A stretch of 64,000 nt of DNA from Balanoglossus misakiensis (Eukaryota; Animalia; Hemichordata). Positions 37,371 to 50,953 of the stretch are shown piece by piece. The stretch is from assembly GCA_040954595.2 (NCBI GenBank), contig CM082578.2:1098831-1162830 (forward strand), written 5' to 3'. The translations under genes and the position numbers were made by a program. The notes below the pieces were generated by a model. That model was not told the DNA's origin. It was given only the letters and a program-made list of their open reading frames with translations, and did not search any database. Numbering within the stretch: position 1 is the stretch's first letter; each line of letters opens with the position of its first letter.

Positions 37371-39829
37371 TGCTACCCAATATGGGTAAGTAGGTAAAAA
37401 GTCACCCTAGGCCATTTGAAATTTTGCTGAAAAAATCTCGTCTCTTACATATGTACATTTGGTAAAAGGGAAATTTTAATCACGGAGTAGAACATATTCA
37501 TAAAAAATATTTGAGGGAAAGAAGGAAGTTTTTCATAGCTTTGGTGCTTCAAATAGTAGAGAGGTTCCCTTGTTATCCTTAGACTCAAACTCAGAGTTTC
37601 CAATCTTACAGTATTTTCATGATATTACTTTCCATCTTAGATTTGTTCATCTAAACAAACTGACTGATAGGTATACATGAACATTTTATTGACTAATGAA
37701 TGTGCCTGTATGTTGCAATTTAAAGAAGTCAGATATTAAACGAGCGCCACACCTGTTTTAATCAGCCTCCATATGGAGGGTACACATCGCAGAGAGATGA
37801 CAAACCCCATGCAAATTCAAGTAATATGGCTCAATGGTGCTGATTTTAAAGGATAGGTGGATGATTTGAAAAATGTTATTGTGGAAAAAGATGTGTAAAA
37901 TTTGGCAGCTTGTGAGGCTTTAATTGTAAAATCTTTGAAATGTGTTTGACTCTTTAGGTCCAATTTTGTATATGTCAATATACCATTGGGACCAATGTGA
38001 AATTGTTCTAAACTCAGAAACTCAAGAAGGTACTGGTCAGATTGCTTTAGAAATTGGTGTGTATTTATGTTATTGAGACTTTATACAGATTTTGTTTTTC
38101 ATTTTTGAAGTATATTTTTGGGGTGATTTTGGTCGTCATATACTCAGAAACCTCTACCCACATTTTTTTTAAAATTTGGTTTGCATGTTCTTAGGTGTGA
38201 TTTTATGACAATTTAACAAACCCAGTGGTGGAAGTGACAATATTGTTTTTTTGTTGTTGGCAATTTCTGCCATTTTTGTCTGATTGCTTTGCAATTTAGT
38301 TAGCAGTTTCTAGGGAATTCTTACTGTGGTGCACAAAATTCACAAAGGTGATTTACTATCCTCATGCGCTTTGTTGAACTGGCTCCCTGTTGCAAAACAG
38401 ACATTACAACACTCTTTGAATTGAATTCATAGCTACCAATTTATCGGGGGTGTAGCACCTTTTTTATGCCTAAAACTTTGATCGAGAACTTCAAATTAAA
38501 TGCAACCCTCCAAATATTTGCAATATTTCAGGTAAAATGATATAATTTTAAAGCATAAATTTTGATGTATTCATAATCATTAAGAGAAACACATTTTGAA
38601 AATAGAATATTAATCACACTAGCAGTCATAATACTTTTGAATCATCACTAAAGAACATATAGAAAAATTAAACAGGTTTTAATTATTTATATTTGAATGC
38701 AAAGCGTAAATTCCCTTGTGCCATGGAATTGACAATCTGCAACTGGTGGGGTCCTTCTGCCAGTAAAAAGCATCAGATAAATTCTGCATGCTCATCACCG
38801 AGGCAATTTAGGTGTACTTTTGTACTTTGAGAACTGTCGGTTTTCGCAACTGAAACTCTGTTCACAGGACAGAGGAAAAACTAGAATGACAACAGCTATG
38901 TAAGCTAACAAAAGGAACACAGAGCATAGTTCTCCATACTCACATTTTAATGCAATAATTTTTGCTGAAACTGGGGCGTCCGTGGGCAGGCAAAGGCAGT
39001 TCTAACTCGACTTGCAAATAAGGCCCATGTCTCTTGTTCGCTGAGATTGTCTGGTTCTAATAATAGCTGTAAGAACTTGATCATTGACCGAACTGTTGGT
39101 TCAATTTTGCAACATTTTATGATTTCAAGCCATGCAATATTTGCAACTCAGTTTCAACTTTGGTTGGAGGGATGATGATGAAGCCATTTCACTGACAAAA
39201 TAGCGCTACTGACTGATGTCAATGTTTGTTTACAGTCAAATGCATTGCCCTTATAAAAATACATGTGAGAAATTTCTTATGTGTATGATACACACTTTTG
39301 TGCATGACTGCAAACTCTGTTACAGTTGTGAAATTCTAAGGGTTGAATTCATTGGGTAGAATTCATGTTTTTTGGATTCTTAAACAACCAGTCACGAAAG
39401 CTAAGTGGTTACCTCAGAGAAACTGTGTTAAATTTGGTCATCAATTGCTTTAAATCATACAAGACATTCCCAGAGCTAAAGTTACTGCAGCAGTCAGTTT
39501 CAACTCAGCTTGCAAATTGGGATCATGTCTTGTGTTCATCGAGACTGTCTGTAGTCCAGTTGACAGTCCTATGGGGTCAATGATGAACCTACAAATGTTC
39601 TTTCCAATGAAATTGTTATAAATCTAATATTCAGGATTTGCATTCATACCTTAAACAATATAACTGTATTGCAAATATGGCAACTCTTCTAAGTTACATT
39701 GGAACACCTTCTCGCCACTGTTTGTGCCAAAATGGTGAATAAGCTTTCATTTTCAAGCCTTAACATAGGCACCCAAAACAAGACAACAGCATTGCAAATA
39801 TGGCATTTTTTGTTCAACTCTTCTCATTT

Positions 39830-40480
39830 GCATAGTCCAAAATGGCCGCCAAACTCCTCTAACATGTAAATTTCCTATGGTCGTCTTAAATAGCGTGTAG
39901 TATCGCATTTGAAGGGTTTTCATCAATATGGGTACCTAAAACAATTTCAACGTGGTTGACATTGCAATGTTAGACAGCTGTTCTAATTTGCATAATCTAG
40001 AATGGCCGACAAACTTCTCTAACATGTAAATTTACTATGGTTGTCTTTAATAGTGTGTAATATCGCATTTGCAGGGTTTTCATCAATATGGGTACCTAAA
40101 ACAATTTCAACGTCGTTGACATGGCAATATTAGACAGCTGTTCTAATTTGCATAATCCAAAATGGCCACCAAACTCTTCTTAAATGTAAATTTCCCTGTT
40201 TTGTCTTATATGGTGCCTAAAATCGCATTTGCAGGGTTTTCATCAATATGGGTAACTAAAACAATTTCAGCGTGGTTGACATGGCAATATTAGACAACTG
40301 TTCTAATTTGCATAATCCAAAATGGCCGACAAACTTCTCTAACATGTAAATTTCCCTGGTTTGTCTTATATGGTGTGTAATATCGCATTTTCACGGTTTT
40401 AATTAATATGGGTACCTAAAACAATTTCAACGTGGTTGACATGGCAATATTAGACAACTGTTCTAATTTGCATAATTCGA
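39830..40480. repeat. 160-bp tandem repeat, about 4 copies
   Basis: AATGGCC..CAAACT at 39841, 40001, 40161 and 40321. Confidence 0.92.
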
Positions 40481-40842
40481 ACACCTGCTGGATAATTTAA
40501 TTTTTGCCCTTCTTGTCCCATGATTATATGTGTAATATCTCATTTTCAATGTGTTTACATGTATATATGCAGAATCCATTTCAAACTAAGTGGGCATATT
40601 GTAGCGCCAATCTTATTTCTTAATCCGCACCACAGAACTGATGCAAGGTTTAGGACTGGAAATGTATGTGGCCACTGGCCGACACCCCGGGCGAGAGGTC
40701 TCCAATTATTTTCAGCACGTAGTGTGCTTCCCGGTTGATAACATCAATATGTGTAAATGCCAAAAACCCGACCTATTGTAATACCAGTCAAATTTTCTTT
40801 GTCATTTACCATTTTTCTCTTGCATATGAAGGTTTTTCTTAA

Positions 40843-41418
40843 AGGTCACGTGCCATGCCCTATACAACCACGCGTAAAATCACTATTTGGGTCTTGAAGT
40901 TAACGTATGTTACTATCTTGCAATGCGTTTTGTCCCTTGTGCTTAGATAACAAGCAAGTAAAAGTGGCGGGTGGGCGTGTACCCCTAACCCAACTCAGTC
41001 GAGTTTTTTCGGCTTTTCGAAGTTCAGTCGAAGACTTATCTTGATGTGGACAAATAGTCTTTCACACCTTCGTAAATCCTCTGCCTGTAATGTGAGGCAA
41101 GGGCTTCATTTGCTTTGAACACTGTTTATATAGCTTGTCTTTGTCTGTGGACTTAATTACTCATGGACTGCTAATTACACTTTACTGTTAGCAGAATGGT
41201 ACACTAGGACGTAGTGTACTTGTTTGTCCATATGCAAATACCTTCGCCTGGCTCGAGTGCGAAGTGGCTCCCTGATCACAGGCATGAAAAAAGGTGGCAA
41301 ATTCCGGCATTCGTGCACATTTTTCAGAACCGACACATTAGGCAATGCATAGACAGGTACCCTAGGTGAGCTTTTGACGTGGAAAAATGAAAACTTTCCA
41401 AAGCATGACATGTGACCT
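40843..41418. mobile_element. TTAA-specific MITE (Kolobok-like)
   Basis: TIR AGGTCACGTGCCATGC / GCATGACATGTGACCT; TTAA on both sides; single TTAA at the left-arm paralogous site (~8759). Confidence 0.87.
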
Positions 41419-41665
41419 TTAAAGAGTACATACCCATATACATTTGTATGCGAGCACACATCCCCACCCCCTGCCAACAATAATTGGACAACTTTATTCT
41501 ACTTATACTTCTTTTTAGTCTAAACATTCATATAGAGAAGGCAACATGTTCTTGAAGCTGCTGACCATGGAAATATGATGAAGTACATTTTCCTAGTTGT
41601 ACATGTACAGTATGATAGGCCCAATGTACCAATTGGAGATGTGTGCCTTACAGGCAACATACATG

Positions 41666-44600
41666 TAGCTCTGCATGGCCTGGTTAATCAATGTTGACGC
41701 AAAGGTTGACCCCACCAAACACTCAAAATTGATGGGCACGACACTGGCCACTAGCTCTGCATGGCCTGGTTAATCGATGTTGACGCAAAGGTTGACCCCA
41801 CCAAACACTCAAAATTGATGGGCACGACACTGGCCACTAGCTCTGCATGGCCTGGTTAATCGATGTTGACGCAAAGGTTGACCCCACCAAACACTCAAAA
41901 TTGATGGGCACGACACTGGCCACTAGCTCTGCATGGCCTGGTTAATCGATGTTGACGCAAAGGTTGACCCCACCAAACACTCAAAATTGATGGGCACGAC
42001 ACTGGCCACTAGCTCTGCATGGCCTGGTTAATCGATGTTGACGCAAAGGTTGACCCCACCAAACACTCAAAATTGATGGGCACGACACTGGCCACTAGCT
42101 CTGCATGGCCTGGTTAATCGATGTTGACGCAAAGGTTGACCCCACCAAACACTCAAAATTGATGGGCACGACACTGGCCACTAGCTCTGCATGGCCTGGT
42201 TAATCGATGTTGACGCAAAGGTTGACCCCACCAAACACTCAAAATTGATGAGCACGACACTGGCCACTAGCTCTGCATGGCCTGGTTAATCAATGTCTAC
42301 GCAAAGGCTGACCCCACCAAACACTCAAAATTGATGGGCACGACACTGGCCACTAGCTCTGCATGGCCTGGTTAATCAATGTCTACGCAAAGGCTGACCC
42401 CACCAAACACTCAAAATTGATGGGCACGACACTGGCCACTAGCTCTGCATGGCCTGGTTAATCAATGTCGACGCAAAGGCTGACCCCACCAAACACTCAA
42501 AATTGATGGGCACGACACTGGCCACTAGCTCTGCATGGCCTGGTTAATCAATGTCGACGCAAAGGCTGACCCCACCAAACACTCAAAATTGATGGGCACG
42601 ACACTGGCCACTAGCTCTGCATGGCCTGGTTAATCGATGTTGACGCAAAGGCTGACCCCACCAAACACTCAAAATTGATGGGCACGACACTGGCCACTAG
42701 CTCTGCATGGCCTGGTTAATCGATGTTGACGCAAAGGCTGACCCCACCAAACACTCAAAATTGATGGGCACGACACTGGCCACTAGCTCTGCATGGCCTG
42801 GTTAATCGATGTTGACGCAAAGGCTGACCCCACCAAACACTCAAAATTGATGGGCACGACACTGGCCACTAGCTCTGCATGGCCTGGTTAATCGATGTTG
42901 ACGCAAAGGCTGACCCCACCAAACACTCAAAATTGATGGGCACGACACTGGCCACTAGCTCTGCATGGCCTGGTTAATCAATGTTGACGCAAAGGCTGAC
43001 CCCACCAAACACTCAAAATTGATGGGCACGACACTGGCCACTAGCTCTGCATGGCCTGGTTAATCAATGTTGACGCAAAGGCTGACCCCACCAAACACTC
43101 AAAATTGATGGGCACGACACTGGCCACTAGCTCTGCATGGCCTGGTTAATCAATGTTGACGCAAAGGCTGACCCCACCAAACACTCAAAATTGATGGGCA
43201 CGACACTGGCCACTAGCTCTGCATGGCCTGGTTAATCAATGTTGACGCAAAGGCTGACCCCACCAAACACTCAAAATTGATGGGCACGACACTGGCCACT
43301 AGCTCTGCATGGCCTGGTTAATCAATGTTGACGCAAAGGCTGACCCCACCAAACACTCAAAATTGATGGGCACGACACTGGCCACTAGCTCTGCATGGCC
43401 TGGTTAATCGATGTTGACGCAAAGGCTGACCCCACCAAACACTCAAAATTGATGGGCACGACACTGGCCACTAGCTCTGCATGGCCTGGTTAATCGATGT
43501 TGACGCAAAGGCTGACCCCACCAAACACTCAAAATTGATGGGCACGACACTGGCCACTAGCTCTGCATGGCCTGGTTAATCGATGTTGACGCAAAGGCTG
43601 ACCCCACCAAACACTCAAAATTGATGGGCACGACACTGGCCACTAGCTCTGCATGGCCTGGTTAATCGATGTTGACGCAAAGGCTGACCCCACCAAACAC
43701 TCAAAATTGATGGGCACGACACTGGCCACTAGCTCTGCATGGCCTGGTTAATCAATGTTGACGCAAAGGCTGACCCCACCAAACACTCAAAATTGATGGG
43801 CACGACACTGGCCACTAGCTCTGCATGGCCTGGTTAATCAATGTTGACGCAAAGGCTGACCCCACCAAACACTCAAAATTGATGGGCACGACACTGGCCA
43901 CTAGCTCTGCATGGCCTGGTTAATCAATGTTGACGCAAAGGCTGACCCCACCAAACACTCAAAATTGATGGGCACGACACTGGCCACTAGCTCTGCATGG
44001 CCTGGTTAATCAATGTTGACGCAAAGGCTGACCCCACCAAACACTCAAAATTGATGGGCACGACACTGGCCACTAGCTCTGCATGGCCTGGTTAATCAAT
44101 GTTGACGCAAAGGCTGACCCCACCAAACACTCAAAATTGATGGGCACGACACTGGCCACTAGCTCTGCATGGCCTGGTTAATCAATGTTGACGCAAAGGC
44201 TGACCCCACCAAACACTCAAAATTGATGGGCACGACACTGGCCACTAGCTCTGCATGGCCTGGTTAATCGATGTTGACGCAAAGGCTGACCCCACCAAAC
44301 ACTCAAAATTGATGGGCACGACACTGGCCACTAGCTCTGCATGGCCTGGTTAATCGATGTTGACGCAAAGGCTGACCCCACCAAACACTCAAAATTGATG
44401 GGCACGACACTGGCCACTAGCTCTGCATGGCCTGGTTAATCGATGTTGACGCAAAGGCTGACCCCACCAAACACTCAAAATTGATGGGCACGACACTGGC
44501 CACTAGCTCTGCATGGCCTGGTTAATCAATGTTGACGCAAAGGCTGACCCCACCAAACACTCAAAATTGATGGGCACGACACTGGCCACTAGCTCTGCAT

Positions 44601-47600
44601 GGCCTGGTTAATCAATGTTGACGCAAAGGCTGACCCCACCAAACACTCAAAATTGATGGGCACGACACTGGCCACTAGCTCTGCATGGCCTGGTTAATCG
44701 ATGTTGACGCAAAGGCTGACCCCACCAAACACTCAAAATTGATGGGCACGACACTGGCCACTAGCTCTGCATGGCCTGGTTAATCGATGTTGACGCAAAG
44801 GCTGACCCCACCAAACACTCAAAATTGATGGGCACGACACTGGCCACTAGCTCTGCATGGCCTGGTTAATCGATGTTGACGCAAAGGCTGACCCCACCAA
44901 ACACTCAAAATTGATGGGCACGACACTGGCCACTAGCTCTGCATGGCCTGGTTAATCGATGTTGACGCAAAGGCTGACCCCACCAAACACTCAAAATTGA
45001 TGGGCACGACACTGGCCACTAGCTCTGCATGGCCTGGTTAATCGATGTTGACGCAAAGGCTGACCCCACCAAACACTCAAAATTGATGGGCACGACACTG
45101 GCCACTAGCTCTGCATGGCCTGGTTAATCGATGTTGACGCAAAGGCTGACCCCACCAAACACTCAAAATTGATGGGCACGACACTGGCCACTAGCTCTGC
45201 ATGGCCTGGTTAATCGATGTTGACGCAAAGGCTGACCCCACCAAACACTCAAAATTGATGGGCACGACACTGGCCACTAGCTCTGCATGGCCTGGTTAAT
45301 CGATGTTGACGCAAAGGCTGACCCCACCAAACACTCAAAATTGATGGGCACGACACTGGCCACTAGCTCTGCATGGCCTGGTTAATCGATGTTGACGCAA
45401 AGGCTGACCCCACCAAACACTCAAAATTGATGGGCACGACACTGGCCACTAGCTCTGCATGGCCTGGTTAATCGATGTTGACGCAAAGGCTGACCCCACC
45501 AAACACTCAAAATTGATGGGCACGACACTGGCCACTAGCTCTTCATGGCCTGGTTAATCGATGTTGACGCAAAGGCTGACCCCACCAAACACTCAAAATT
45601 GATGGGCACGACACTGGCCACTAGCTCTGCATGGCCTGGTTAATCGATGTTGACGCAAAGGCTGACCCCACCAAACACTCAAAATTGATGGGCACGACAC
45701 TGGCCACTAGCTCTGCATGGCCTGGTTAATCGATGTTGACGCAAAGGCTGACCCCACCAAACACTCAAAATTGATGGGCACGACACTGGCCACTAGCTCT
45801 GCATGGCCTGGTTAATCGATGTTGACGCAAAGGCTGACCCCACCAAACACTCAAAATTGATGGGCACGACACTGGCCACTAGCTCTGCATGGCCTGGTTA
45901 ATCGATGTTGACGCAAAGGCTGACCCCACCAAACACTCAAAATTGATGGGCACGACACTGGCCACTAGCTCTGCATGGCCTGGTTAATCGATGTTGACGC
46001 AAAGGCTGACCCCACCAAACACTCAAAATTGATGGGCACGACACTGGCCACTAGCTCTGCATGGCCTGGTTAATCGATGTTGACGCAAAGGCTGACCCCA
46101 CCAAACACTCAAAATTGATGGGCACGACACTGGCCACTAGCTCTGCATGGCCTGGTTAATCGATGTTGACGCAAAGGCTGACCCCACCAAACACTCAAAA
46201 TTGATGGGCACGACACTGGCCACTAGCTCTGCATGGCCTGGTTAATCGATGTTGACGCAAAGGCTGACCCCACCAAACACTCAAAATTGATGGGCACGAC
46301 ACTGGCCACTAGCTCTGCATGGCCTGGTTAATCGATGTTGACGCAAAGGCTGACCCCACCAAACACTCAAAATTGATGGGCACGACACTGGCCACTAGCT
46401 CTGCATGGCCTGGTTAATCGATGTTGACGCAAAGGCTGACCCCACCAAACACTCAAAATTGATGGGCACGACACTGGCCACTAGCTCTGCATGGCCTGGT
46501 TAATCGATGTTGACGCAAAGGCTGACCCCACCAAACACTCAAAATTGATGGGCACGACACTGGCCACTAGCTCTGCATGGCCTGGTTAATCGATGTTGAC
46601 GCAAAGGCTGACCCCACCAAACACTCAAAATTGATGGGCACGACACTGGCCACTAGCTCTGCATGGCCTGGTTAATCGATGTTGACGCAAAGGCTGACCC
46701 CACCAAACACTCAAAATTGATGGGCACGACACTGGCCACTAGCTCTGCATGGCCTGGTTAATCGATGTTGACGCAAAGGCTGACCCCACCAAACACTCAA
46801 AATTGATGGGCACGACACTGGCCACTAGCTCTGCATGGCCTGGTTAATCGATGTTGACGCAAAGGCTGACCCCACCAAACACTCAAAATTGATGGGCACG
46901 ACACTGGCCACTAGCTCTGCATGGCCTGGTTAATCGATGTTGACGCAAAGGCTGACCCCACCAAACACTCAAAATTGATGGGCACGACACTGGCCACTAG
47001 CTCTGCATGGCCTGGTTAATCGATGTTGACGCAAAGGCTGACCCCACCAAACACTCAAAATTGATGGGCACGACACTGGCCACTAGCTCTGCATGGCCTG
47101 GTTAATCGATGTTGACGCAAAGGCTGACCCCACCAAACACTCAAAATTGATGGGCACGACACTGGCCACTAGCTCTGCATGGCCTGGTTAATCAATGTTG
47201 ACGCAAAGGCTGACCCCACCAAACACTCAAAATTGATGGGCACGACACTGGCCACTAGCTCTGCATGGCCTGGTTAATCAATGTTGACGCAAAGGCTGAC
47301 CCCACCAAACACTCAAAATTGATGGGCACGACACTGGCCACTAGCTCTGCATGGCCTGGTTAATCGATGTTGACGCAAAGGCTGACCCCACCAAACACTC
47401 AAAATTGATGGGCACGACACTGGCCACTAGCTCTTCATGGCCTGGTTAATCGATGTTGACGCAAAGGCTGACCCCACCAAACACTCAAAATTGATGGGCA
47501 CGACACTGGCCACTAGCTCTGCATGGCCTGGTTAATCGATGTTGACGCAAAGGCTGACCCCACCAAACACTCAAAATTGATGGGCACGACACTGGCCACT

Positions 47601-49835
47601 AGCTCTGCATGGCCTGGTTAATCGATGTTGACGCAAAGGCTGACCCCACCAAACACTCAAAATTGATGGGCACGACACTGGCCACTAGCTCTGCATGGCC
47701 TGGTTAATCAATGTTGACGCAAAGGCTGACCCCACCAAACACTCAAAATTGATGGGCACGACACTGGCCACTAGCTCTGCATGGCCTGGTTAATCGATGT
47801 TGACGCAAAGGCTGACCCCACCAAACACTCAATATTGATGGGCACGACACTGGCCACTAGCTCTGCATGGCCTGGTTAATCGATGTTGACGCAAAGGCTG
47901 ACCCCACCAAACACTCAAAATTGATGGGCACGACACTGGCCACTAGCTCTGCATGGCCTGGTTAATCGATGTTGACGCAAAGGCTGACCCCACCAAACAC
48001 TCAAAATTGATGGGCACGACACTGGCCACTAGCTCTGCATGGCCTGGTTAATCGATGTTGACGCAAAGGCTGACCCCACCAAACACTCAAAATTGATGGG
48101 CACGACACTGGCCACTAGCTCTGCATGGCCTGGTTAATCGATGTTGACGCAAAGGCTGACCCCACCAAACACTCAAAATTGATGGGCACGACACTGGCCA
48201 CTAGCTCTGCATGGCCTGGTTAATCGATGTTGACGCAAAGGCTGACCCCACCAAACACTCAAAATTGATGGGCACGACACTGGCCACTAGCTCTGCATGG
48301 CCTGGTTAATCGATGTTGACGCAAAGGCTGACCCCACCAAACACTCAAAATTGATGGGCACGACACTGGCCACTAGCTCTGCATGGCCTGGTTAATCGAT
48401 GTTGACGCAAAGGCTGACCCCACCAAACACTCAAAATTGATGGGCACGACACTGGCCACTAGCTCTGCATGGCCTGGTTAATCGATGTTGACGCAAAGGC
48501 TGACCCCACCAAACACTCAAAATTGATGGGCACGACACTGGCCACTAGCTCTGCATGGCCTGGTTAATCGATGTTGACGCAAAGGCTGACCCCACCAAAC
48601 ACTCAAAATTGATGGGCACGACACTGGCCACTAGCTCTGCATGGCCTGGTTAATCGATGTTGACGCAAAGGCTGACCCCACCAAACACTCAAAATTGATG
48701 GGCACGACACTGGCCACTAGCTCTGCATGGCCTGGTTAATCGATGTTGACGCAAAGGCTGACCCCACCAAACACTCAAAATTGATGGGCACGACACTGGC
48801 CACTAGCTCTGCATGGCCTGGTTAATCAATGTTGACGCAAAGGCTGACCCCACCAAACACTCAAAATTGATGGGCACGACACTGGCCACTAGCTCTGCAT
48901 GGCCTGGTTAATCAATGTTGACGCAAAGGCTGACCCCACCAAACACTCAAAATTGATGGGCACGACACTGGCCACTAGCTCTGCATGGCCTGGTTAATCA
49001 ATGTTGACGCAAAGGCTGACCCCACCAAACACTCAAAATTGATGGGCACGACACTGGCCACTAGCTCTGCATGGCCTGGTTTATCAATGTTGACGCAAAG
49101 GCTGACCCCACCAAACACTCAAAATTGATGGGCACGACACTGGCCACTAGCTCTGCATGGCCTGGTTAATCAATGTTGACGCAAAGGCTGACCCCACCAA
49201 ACACTCAAAATTGATGGGCACGACACTGGCCACTAGCTCTGCATGGCCTGGTTAATCAATGTTGACGCAAAGGCTGACCCCACCAAACACTCAAAATTGA
49301 TGGGCACGACACTGGCCACTAGCTCTGCATGGCCTGGTTAATCAATGTTGACGCAAAGGCTGACCCCACCAAACACTCAAAATTGATGGGCACGACACTG
49401 GCCACTAGCTCTGCATGGCCTGGTTAATCAATGTTGACGCAAAGGCTGACCCCACCAAACACTCAAAATTGATGGGCACGACACTGGCCACTAGCTCTGC
49501 ATGGCCTGGTTAATCAATGTTGACGCAAAGGCTGACCCCACCAAACACTCAAAATTGATGGGCACGACACTGGCCACTAGCTCTGCATGGCCTGGTTAAT
49601 CAATGTTGACGCAAAGGCTGACCCCACCAAACACTCAAAATTGATGGGCACGACACTGGCCACTAGCTCTGCATGGCCTGGTTAATCAATGTTGACGCAA
49701 AGGCTGACCCCACCAAACACTCAAAATTGATGGGCACGACGCTGGCCACTAGCTCTGCATGGCCTGGTTAATCAATGTTGACGCAAAGGCTGACCCCACC
49801 AAACACTCAAAATTGATGGGCACGACGCTGGCCAC
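41666..49835. repeat. 86-bp satellite array, 95 copies
   Basis: Unit TAGCTCTGCATGGCCTGGTTAATCRATGTTGACGCAAAGGYTGACCCCACCAAACACTCAAAATTGATGGGCACGACACTGGCCAC; period 86 (41751, 41837, 41923); span 8170 = 95 x 86. Confidence 0.98.
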
Positions 49836-50953
49836 GACACTGTACTATAATAATTCCGGACAATAAATTAACGTAAATCAGATCCGTGTCTCCGTGGATC
49901 ACGGTTCCCGTCAGAGCCCGTTACCTCATCGCTACAGATTCCCCTATGCATGAACAATCATGAGAAACCAGCGGTAATACAAGTGTCACGATTGAGTTTT
50001 AACGATCATAGATCTTGTTTATGATTACGTAAAAAGTCATTCACTTATATGGTTTTAGTCCAGTATTGACATAGGTACTTGACCCAGAGTAAACAAGATT
50101 GTGTAATTGATACATGTCAGAACGAGATAGAGATATCACGCGCTAAGTTCATGTTTAAGAAATATTAAGATGACGTGTTCCTTTTATGACTTAATACTTG
50201 ACTAACGTATTAATAAGGTGTGGTGAAATTTGAGATCACACGTTTATCACCGGAGATCCGTGATGGGAGTCAACGAGCATTGATCGAGTCGTGTAATTCT
50301 TATGTGTGACCAGTAATAAACCAGAACTTTGTGTTACTCGGAAAACTTGTTGTAAGTCTCTGTCTACGAAAGGTTTACGATCTGACGGGTACCTCTCTCG
50401 GACTCTGTGAATATGTTGGGGGGAGAAGGAGATGGAGAGAATGTACGCCGACAGCCTTCGGACGTGGCTGATTCCCCACAGAAGCTGATGAGGTAAACGT
50501 CCGGGGGACGACCGGCCGTAACAAGATGGTGTTAGAATCCGGGTAGGCAGAGATGTTGCCACTGATTCCTGAACCGAGAAAGAAGTAAGAAGAAAAAAAG
50601 CTGGCGAAACGGACGATCCAATGGTCTGCTTCAGAAGGAAACGAGAACAGAAAAAAGGTTGGTGCTGACTGTTGACTGCGTGGAATGCGTGGACGGGTTT
50701 TCAACGATGGATCTGTTGTTTGATCAGAGGGGCGTCGAATCCAGAAGCATGTAGTTGAAGCAGTTCTGGCGACGAAGAAAAGAGGTCTCGTGGAATGAAG
50801 AAGGGAAGACTCTTGAATCGTCTGCTATCGCAAAAGAACTGTGATAGAATGACATTGAACTGAATAATCAGCCTTTTTAATCTATAGTTTGAGAGATTTG
50901 ATCATTGAAATATTGCGTGATCGTATTTTCTTTGTCTACTCTGATGACGTGAG

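Larger units (their letters stand above)
33146..39413. mobile_element. Long-TIR non-autonomous element, right-arm copy
   Basis: 33146-~33880 is the inverted counterpart of ~38680-39413; GGTAACC/GGTTACC termini are flanked by TAA and TCA. Confidence 0.68.
32438..41659 (-). repeat. Right arm of the ~9.3-kb inverted duplication
   Basis: Reverse complement of 8515-17815 with independent insertions and deletions; the outer end abuts the satellite. Confidence 0.93.

Noticed and set aside
8515-41659. Inverted duplication as an assembly artefact
   Set aside because: The arms differ by many substitutions, private insertions with TSDs, and repeat copy number.
41666-49835. CRISPR-like array or hammerhead-ribozyme satellite
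   Set aside because: No unique spacers, eukaryotic context, and no CTGANGA/GAAA hammerhead core on either strand of the monomer.
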